A stretch of DNA of 64,000 bases from positions 384,001-448,000 of the forward strand of contig OZ242010.1 of assembly GCA_965204745.1 (NCBI GenBank), written 5' to 3'. Shown here piece after piece: positions 57,111 to 64,000 of the stretch. The stretch is from Candidatus Latescibacterota bacterium. GTDB taxonomy: Bacteria > Latescibacterota > UBA2968. Both the position numbers and the translations under genes were made by a program. The notes beneath the pieces are model-generated. The model had not been told where the DNA came from. It was given only the letters and a program-made list of their open reading frames with translations, and searched no databases. Within the stretch, counting starts at the first letter, position 1. Each line of letters begins with the position of its first letter.

Positions 57111-60100
57111 ATGAAGATGCTGAACAGATTTTTGACCTGCTCGACCATGTGTTGGGCTTTTGTATTGGTGTGCCTCTGCTTCTCAGGAGCTAAGGCACAG
57201 ACGACGAAATATCAGACTATCACAACGACTGCTTCAACTACGGCTCCCGGCCCAAGTACTCAGATCGATTTCGACTTCGCCTACGCAACCACTCCGGCAG
57301 AGACAACTGCCGGTGTATCCCTCGCGATGTGTTACGACACGACCAAAGTGGTCGCGAAAGGATCAGTCGTGGCGGATGCATACTCCAACCTTATTACTGT
57401 ACTTGAGGTTGTACCTGATCTTCTTACCGGAGGCGCAGGCCAGATATCAGGGCCATCTTTTTCCTTTGAAGATATAGATAGCGACCCTGCTACTAACAAG
57501 TGTATATCGGTAGCATTTATTAACCAGCAAACTGGCAGCTTCCCTACTTCTTTCACGCGCTTATTAACTATTCACTTGGTCACAAGGGCTACTTTTGGAG
57601 TGAGTGATAACGGTTTAACAACAGTAAATATGGCGATCACTGAGTCAGCAGCTGGCTTTACAGAGCGACTAACCCCTGCGTCGATTGTACTTTCAAACCC
57701 GAATACCAACAATCCACCTGTCTTCACCAGTCCGGATACCTTTAGGGTGGCGGAAAATACCATAACCACGCCAGTTGGCACGGTCACGGCTCCAGACCCC
57801 AATACCGAAGACAACGTTACCTATGCGTTTGTCGGCAGTTCTGCGGACACTACCGATTTTAGTCTCGATTCAACAACGGGCGTGTTGGTCTTTAAGACGG
57901 CACCAGACTTCGAAACCCCAACGGATCGCCTCATTGCGGCCCCGGCCAATGCGGCGATGACAACAACCATTATATCCTCATTGTACAGGCGACGGGAGGA
58001 GCCGCTAGTCGGGCCATGACGACCAATGATACCATCGTAGTTATAGTCACCGATGTAGTAGTACCGGTTGCGCCCACCGGTCTGACGCCGACCGCCGGTG
58101 ACGCGCAGATATCTCTGACCTGGACTGATCCTGAAAACCCCACCATTACGAGCTACGATTATAGCTCCGATGGTGGTACCACTTGGAACGCAATAGCGAA
58201 CAGCGGCGCGACCACAACCAGTTATACAGTGACATCATTGACGAATGGCACGGCGTACGAGATCCAACTGCGGGCCGTAAATGCGGAGGGCGATGGTGCT
58301 GCTGCCACTGCGGCTTCGGCGACCCCGCAATCCTCAGACGCGACGCTGAGCGCACTGACCATTTCGCAGGGGACGCTGACTCCTACCTTTGCTTCAACTA
58401 TCACGGCGTACCGGGCGACGGTTCCAAACGCCACGGCTAGCCTAACGGTAACGCCGACAGTTAATGAATCTAACGCCACCGTCGAGGTCAATGGAACAGC
58501 CGTGACGAGCGGCACTGCCAGCGGTTCTATCACCTTGACCGTTGGAGAAACCACGATCTCCATTGTAGGAACCGCCCAAAACACAACCACGACCCTGACC
58601 TATACAGCGACCGTGCTACGGCAGATTGAAGTTATAGGTGGTACAAATACCATGGAAAGCGAGGAAGGCCAGATCAGCACGCAGGTCAGCGGGACAACGG
58701 TCGAGCTCATCCTGCCTAAAAATTCCGGCACAGATACCCTGACGTTTAGTAAGCCCACTGCCCAAGCTATAACAGTTGCTCGGCCCACCACTGCTCGCTT
58801 TGCGGCAGCGGAAACCTTCATAGACATCGCAAATGTCGTAATTCCTGCAGATTCTACTGCTACTGTGTGTCTGCCCGTGCCCTCGGATTTTAGTGATCTG
58901 CCCATTGCTCAGCAGTTGGTGTACCACCTACCCACAGGTGCAACTGCGTGGGTGACCTTGCCACGAGTCGAGTCGTCTCAGGAAGGTTTTGTATGCGGGA
59001 CAGTGACCACCTTCTCGCCCTTTACTGTCGGAACCGTCGAAAGACCGGATACAGCCCCTCCCGGACTAGAAGCAGAGGGTAGCGACAGAACAGTAACCCT
59101 AAATTGGAACAACCCCCAAGATCTCACCATCACGGGTTACCAAAGGCGCTACAAGACCGTAGATGGGGACTACAACGAGTGGGCAACGATAGAAAATAGC
59201 GACGCGAGCACGGTCCGGTTTATCTTGACAGATCTGGAAAATGGTTTGGAATATGTCTTTCAACTGAGGGCGATCAACTCAGGTGGAAACGGACCTGCGT
59301 CTGAGGTGACAGCACTCACGCAGTCTATACCGCCCCCGGAATTTACGGATGCGTTGGAACCGCAATATTATCAGCAAGGCACGCCCATCACACTGATATT
59401 CCCACAAGTGATAGGTGGCGAAGGGCAACTGACTTACGAACTGACGTTGCCTGTTGACGGGCTGACCTACACCCCGCCAAGCGATGAAGACAAGCACAGT
59501 GGTGTCTTGTCTGGCACACCGACCACCGCGCAGGATAGAGCGACTTACACCCTGACAGTAACGGATGAAGGTGGCACCGTGCAGAGCCTGTCCTTTATCT
59601 TGATCGTGAAGGCAGATCTGATACCGACCTTCGGCGATAAACAGGTCCCCGCGCAAAATTATGTGCAGAACCGGGCAATTGAGGCATTGACCCTGCCGCA
59701 GGCAACTGGTGGCGATGGAACGCTGTCCCACACGCTGACGCCCGATCTGCCTGATGGCTTGACCTTCGATGAGAAGACGCATGTGCTGTCTGGCACGCCG
59801 CTCGAGGCACTAGACACGACGACTTACAAGCTGACCGCATTGGACGCCGATGGCGACGCGATAATTTTGTCATTCAGCTTAGTCGTGGCGGCAGATCTGA
59901 TGCCGATCTTTGGCGATTCGACGTTGACCGCACAAAAATACACAATGGGAATAGCGGTCAACCTAGAACTGCCCGTAGCGACCGGTGGTGATGGGACGTT
60001 GCGCTACATCTTATTCCCCTCTCCACCCGATGGGCTGACATTTGACAATGAGACGCGAGTGCTATCCGGCACGCCGATCAAGACAATGGCTGAAACCGAG

Positions 60101-60352
60101 TACACGCTGACCGCATTGGACGCCGATGGCGACACGGCCACGCTGACCTTCATGCTTGACGTGCAATTGCCCTCGCCCGACTTTAATGGCGATGGGCAGG
60201 TGAATTTTGCTGACTTCGTGATCTTTGCGGGCAAGTTCGGATCGCAACGCGGTCAGGACAGGTATGACGCTCGGTGCGATCTCAACGGCGATGGTCAAAT
60301 TGGATTTGACGATTTTTTGATATTTAGTCAGCGTTTCGGCTCTGAAGTCTGA
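57111..60352 (+). pseudogene. Secreted multidomain protein (cohesin-like, cadherin, FN3, cadherin-like beta-sandwich, Ig-like repeats, dockerin/EF-hand), split by one frameshift near 57955
   Basis: RBS AAGGAGGAG and signal peptide. The cadherin motif APDFETP continues in the other frame as DDNNHYILIVQATGG...TIVVIVTDV, joining ORFs 57012..58019 and 58016..60352. Confidence 0.8.
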
Positions 60353-60377
60353 CGTAGAATCGGCACTCGCCACACAA

Positions 60378-60416
60378 AAAGCCCGGGTTCATCGCGAACC
60401 CGGGCTTTATTTTTTT
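60378..60416 (+). terminator. Intrinsic terminator
   Basis: AAAGCCCGGGTTC-ATCGC-GAACCCGGGCTTT followed by a T tract. Confidence 0.88.
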
Positions 60417-60594
60417 CAATACCCATGGTGGGTTACTCGCTACATTTCCATTGCACGAACGCAATGGCCTCTGAATGGGCGGGCGCGAGCAACGAGAAGG
60501 ACGCCCAGAGAAATACTATCGGTCAGCATGTCCATGAAGTTGAATATCATCGATGCCTCCCGTGATCGCGGGCTTAGGAGTGAGGAATAAAGCG

Positions 60595-61974
60595 ATGGAT
60601 TACGACGTCATCGTCATTGGCGGCGGCAGCGCGGGGTATGCGGCAGCGCGCACGGCCCAAGAGCGCGGCGCGAAAGTTGCCATCATCGACCAAGGGCCGT
60701 TGGGCGGCCTGTGCATTTTGCGCGGGTGTATGCCCACCAAAGCCATTTTGCGCTCGTCCGAGATCATGTCGTTGATGCGCCGCGCCGAGGAATTTGGCCT
60801 GCGTGCGTCCAAGTTGCGCGCCGACCTCGGGGAGATCAATGACCGAAAACGCGCGCTCGTCAAGGAATTTGCAGACTATCGCATCGCGCAACTTTGCAGT
60901 CCGCGATTCGCGCTCATCTCTGGCAGGGCGCGGTTTGTCAATCGCACCGCCATTGCCGTGGGGCGACGAACTTTGACTGCGCGGAGTTTCATCATCAGCA
61001 CGGGGTCAGCGGTTGCCGACATCGCCATTGCCGGGCTGAAAGAGGTGGGGTATCTCACCAGCGATGACGCGCTCGAATTGCGGGCATTGCCCGAGTCCAT
61101 GATCGTGTTGGGCGGCGGGCCAGTCGCCGTGGAGTTTGCCCAGTTTTTCTGCCGCTTGGGCACACGCACCACCCTGATTCAGCGCAGCGACCACATCTTC
61201 AGCAACACGGATGAAGACCTCGCCCGCCCGGTGGAGGCCCGATTCAGGCAAGAGGGGATGCGGGTTTTTACCGGGACGCAGTTGCAAAAATTCACGCAAA
61301 AGGACGATGCCAAAATCGCGCATTTTCTCCACCAGGGCAAACCGCACACGGCTTCGGCAAAGGTGATCCTCCAGGCGTTGGGGCGCGTGCCCGCCATCCA
61401 ATCGCTCGCGCTTAAAAATGCGGGCGTGCAGGTTGCGAACGGCCGCATTGTCGTGGATGAGCAGATGCGGACGAGCGCGCCCAATATTTTTGCGGCGGGC
61501 GATTGCACGGGGCTTTACGAAATCGTCCACATCGCGGTGCAACAAGGCGAGGTGGCCGGGCACAACGCGGTTGAGCACACCCAAAAGCAGCGCATCGACT
61601 ACAGGCTCAAAGCCGAAGTGGTTTTCACGGATCCGCAACTCGCATCGGTGGGGCTTACCGAAAAAGAATGCCGCGCCCAAAATATCCCCTATCGCGTCGC
61701 GTCCTATCCCTTTGACGATCACGGCAAGTCCATGGTCATGGGCGAAACCCATGGCTTTGTCAAACTCCTCTGCCAGCCCGAGACCGGCGAACTCATCGGC
61801 GGGCACATCGTCGGGCCGGAGGCGTGTGAACTCATCCACGAACTCATCGCCATCATGCACTTTCGCGGGACGGTGTATGACCTGATGAGCATGCCGCATT
61901 ACCACCCCACCCTCGCGGAAATTCTCACCTATCCGGCCGAAGACCTCGCCGAGGCAATTCAATCTTCGGCGTGA
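60595..61974 (+). CDS. Pyridine nucleotide-disulfide oxidoreductase (dihydrolipoyl dehydrogenase-like)
   Basis: IGGGSAG, GGLCILRGCMPTK redox disulfide, GGGPVAVE, AAGD, HPTLAE. Confidence 0.9.
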   Translation: MDYDVIVIGGGSAGYAAARTAQERGAKVAIIDQGPLGGLCILRGCMPTKAILRSSEIMSLMRRAEEFGLRASKLRADLGEINDRKRALVKEFADYRIAQLCSPRFALISGRARFVNRTAIAVGRRTLTARSFIISTGSAVADIAIAGLKEVGYLTSDDALELRALPESMIVLGGGPVAVEFAQFFCRLGTRTTLIQRSDHIFSNTDEDLARPVEARFRQEGMRVFTGTQLQKFTQKDDAKIAHFLHQGKPHTASAKVILQALGRVPAIQSLALKNAGVQVANGRIVVDEQMRTSAPNIFAAGDCTGLYEIVHIAVQQGEVAGHNAVEHTQKQRIDYRLKAEVVFTDPQLASVGLTEKECRAQNIPYRVASYPFDDHGKSMVMGETHGFVKLLCQPETGELIGGHIVGPEACELIHELIAIMHFRGTVYDLMSMPHYHPTLAEILTYPAEDLAEAIQSSA

Positions 61975-63299
61975 ATCACGGGTTTTAATTGGCGGGCGAG
62001 CAGCGCGGCAAAGGGGATGAACAGCAGGGAAATGCAAAACAACTTTTGGTAGGAAATCCACGCCACGAGCACCCCGGCCAGCATGGGCAACAAGCCCTGC
62101 GGAAACATGAACATGTTCATAAAGCTGGTGTACGTGGGCCGCCGGTCCGCGGGCGCGATGTCGAGGATGTAGGTCATGCGCCCGGAGTACATGCCGCTTT
62201 GGGCCGCGCCGGAAAAGACAAAGGTGAGCCCGTACACCACGACCCACAACTCGACCTCGGTGCCCCAGAACCAGATTGTGCGGTGGGGTACGTACTCGAT
62301 GCAGATCGGAACCAAAATGGACAGGGCGAGCAAGAACGTGCCGTACAAAAACAAGGTCTGATTGCCCTTGTAACGCCCTATCCACGCCCACGCCACATTG
62401 GAAAACACCGCGCTAAACTGCATCACCGTCACGTAAAGCCCGATATAGGCCGCGCTGATGCCCAAGCCCGCAATCGCGTAGGGCACGTAAAACGGCCCGC
62501 CCATCATGCTGAAGCCCCACAAAAATTGCACCATGCAAAGACGCCTAAAATTCACGTCCTCTTTCATCAGGCTCACGCCGCTGAGCAAATAGTTTTTTAG
62601 GGAGCGTTGCGCGCGCGTGCGCCGTTCAACCGGTTCGCGGATCATGCCAAACGTGAACACGGCCAGCGCAGTGCCCAAGCCGGACAGCATAAACAACACC
62701 GCGTAATTACTCGGAAACACCAACCCGCTTTGCGCGCTCAAGATATAGGTAATCAGTGCCCCGGCGGCCATGGACATCGCGCCTCCGGAAAATCGGCGCA
62801 GGGCGAATATTTTCGACCGATGAGACGCGGGAATCGCCTTGCCCATCAGATCCATCCACGGCACGCTCATCACGCCCATCAAGGATGTGCCCAGCGCGTA
62901 GAGCACCATAAACAAAAATAAAAAAATGGCGGGCGTCATGCCCCCCAAGAACATGGTCATGACGCCCACCAAAATCCACATCGCGCTTCGGGCCAACCCC
63001 GCGCCGATCAACAAGGGCATCTTTCGGGGTTTGGGTTCGATAATCCGGGAGATGAACACCTGCGGCCACGCCCAGCCCATTCTCATCAGCGCGCCCGCCA
63101 TGCCCACCAAAATGCTGGATGTGGTCAGGGTTTGTACAAAGGCCGGCATCACCAGGTCCGCGCTGATGAACGTGTAGGACATGATCACCAACCCCCCGTT
63201 GATCACCAGCAACCAACTGTTTCGACGCACTTCTTTGCGCGTGCGCCGCGCCGCCACCACGTCTCGCAGCGGCGGCCCCTCATTGCGCGCCATTTCCAT
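61959..63299 (-). CDS. MFS transporter
   Basis: About 12 hydrophobic segments, WMDLMGKAIP, IAPADRRPTY. Confidence 0.85.
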   Translation of the reverse strand: MEMARNEGPPLRDVVAARRTRKEVRRNSWLLVINGGLVIMSYTFISADLVMPAFVQTLTTSSILVGMAGALMRMGWAWPQVFISRIIEPKPRKMPLLIGAGLARSAMWILVGVMTMFLGGMTPAIFLFLFMVLYALGTSLMGVMSVPWMDLMGKAIPASHRSKIFALRRFSGGAMSMAAGALITYILSAQSGLVFPSNYAVLFMLSGLGTALAVFTFGMIREPVERRTRAQRSLKNYLLSGVSLMKEDVNFRRLCMVQFLWGFSMMGGPFYVPYAIAGLGISAAYIGLYVTVMQFSAVFSNVAWAWIGRYKGNQTLFLYGTFLLALSILVPICIEYVPHRTIWFWGTEVELWVVVYGLTFVFSGAAQSGMYSGRMTYILDIAPADRRPTYTSFMNMFMFPQGLLPMLAGVLVAWISYQKLFCISLLFIPFAALLARQLKPVIHAED

Positions 63300-63317
63300 A
63301 ATTGTACTCGCCCCAAC

Positions 63318-63446
63318 TCATCCGACCTCGTCTGCATCGGCGATGATTGTCTGAATATCCACGACGCCGCACCCCGGCCCTTGTGGATTGAAGTTAATCC
63401 ATACCACATCGCCGCGCTGTGGTATGTACTCGGTTGACTTCACCAT
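63318..63446 (-). pseudogene. mazF: Truncated MazF/PemK toxin
   Basis: Hand translation MVKSTEYIPQRGDVVWINFNPQG matches the MazF N-terminus, then diverges and stops after 42 codons. The start overlaps the mazE stop. Confidence 0.75.
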
Positions 63447-63682
63447 ACTTCACCACCTACCGCAGGCCCAGTATCTACTTCGCCGTGCAAGTTGTCCTCA
63501 GTCACTTGATCTAACAGATCCTCCAACTTCAAACCGGACTGCATCACAGGGGCGATGACCAACTCTGCATCGCGGAGCGACAATTTGACCGGTGAATTGG
63601 ATTCAATCCCAATTTGAACAGCGAGCGATTGGGGAATACGCAAGACCAAACCATCGCCCCATTGCTGCACGCGGGTTTCCAT
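63440..63682 (-). CDS. mazE: AbrB/MazE family antitoxin
   Basis: VQQWGDGLVLRIP, LEDLLDQVTEDNLHGEVDTGPAVGGEVW. Confidence 0.88.
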   Translation of the reverse strand: METRVQQWGDGLVLRIPQSLAVQIGIESNSPVKLSLRDAELVIAPVMQSGLKLEDLLDQVTEDNLHGEVDTGPAVGGEVW

Positions 63683-63924
63683 ATCTTCCTCCTTCCCTTG
63701 TTGTCTGAATCGCGGATTACACGGATTACGCGGATTACGCTGCTACCCCCTCCCGTTCCCAACCCCCGCTACGCCTTCTGTACACTTCGCACTGCTTAAG
63801 CCTTACCTTCGTTTGACGCTTCATGCTACGGATTACGCGGATTGCGCGGATTACGCGGATGCCCCCTCCCGTTCCCAACCCCCGCTATGTCCTCTGCCCT
63901 ACCTGCGCTGTTCTAATCCGCGAT

Positions 63925-64000
63925 TCAGACCGTTTTGGGCGTAAATGCCTCCTTCAAAACCGCCTGAAGAAGATTCTCGGCCTGTGCGCGGGCATGCCCA
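63925..64000 (-). CDS. C-terminal end of a probable type I R-M specificity subunit (HsdS-like), 5'-partial
   Basis: Hand translation GHARAQAENLLQAVLKEAFTPKTV-stop. The LxQAVLKEAF ending is typical of HsdS. Only 24 codons are visible. Confidence 0.45.
   Translation of the reverse strand, partial: GHARAQAENLLQAVLKEAFTPKTV

Noticed and set aside
60595-61974. Mercuric reductase MerA
   Set aside because: It lacks the C-terminal Cys-Cys pair, has the HPTxxE motif of lipoamide-dehydrogenase-like enzymes, and no mer genes are nearby.

Overview
Bacterial genomic DNA. The repeat types, dockerin/cadherin/FN3 surface proteins and eukaryote-like enzymes suggest a host-associated lineage such as a sponge symbiont, but this is inference only. 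The first 17.4 kb is a minus-strand defence island. It has a complete SspABCD-type DNA phosphorothioation modification module (cysteine desulfurase, DUF4007, large ATPase, PAPS-reductase family). Neither SspFGH nor a canonical SspE follows. Instead come a GIY-YIG nuclease, a DGQHR/DndB-like protein, a PbeABCD-like module (PLD-SF2 helicase, small protein, CxC ABC ATPase, small protein), a DUF262 protein with a degenerate HNH-like tail, a Ser/Thr kinase and a partial AAA ATPase. Two ~90-bp direct repeats, each a terminator plus a sigma70-like promoter, bracket the effector block. An intact IS701-family element separates the island from a PBP1A gene that carries an 87-bp N-terminal tandem repeat. 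The rest of the window holds sugar-nucleotide and metabolic genes, two tandem histidine kinases, a ~2200-aa surface protein preceded by a C20 tract, a TAXI-TRAP transporter, an AAA ATPase/DUF4276 pair, an orphan MmeI-like specificity fragment and ABC-2 genes. It also holds heptad-repeat proteins, a frameshifted cohesin-cadherin-FN3-dockerin protein, mazE with a truncated mazF, and many short intergenic repeats. No rRNA, tRNA or CRISPR array was recognised. All family assignments come from motif recognition by eye; no database searches were run.
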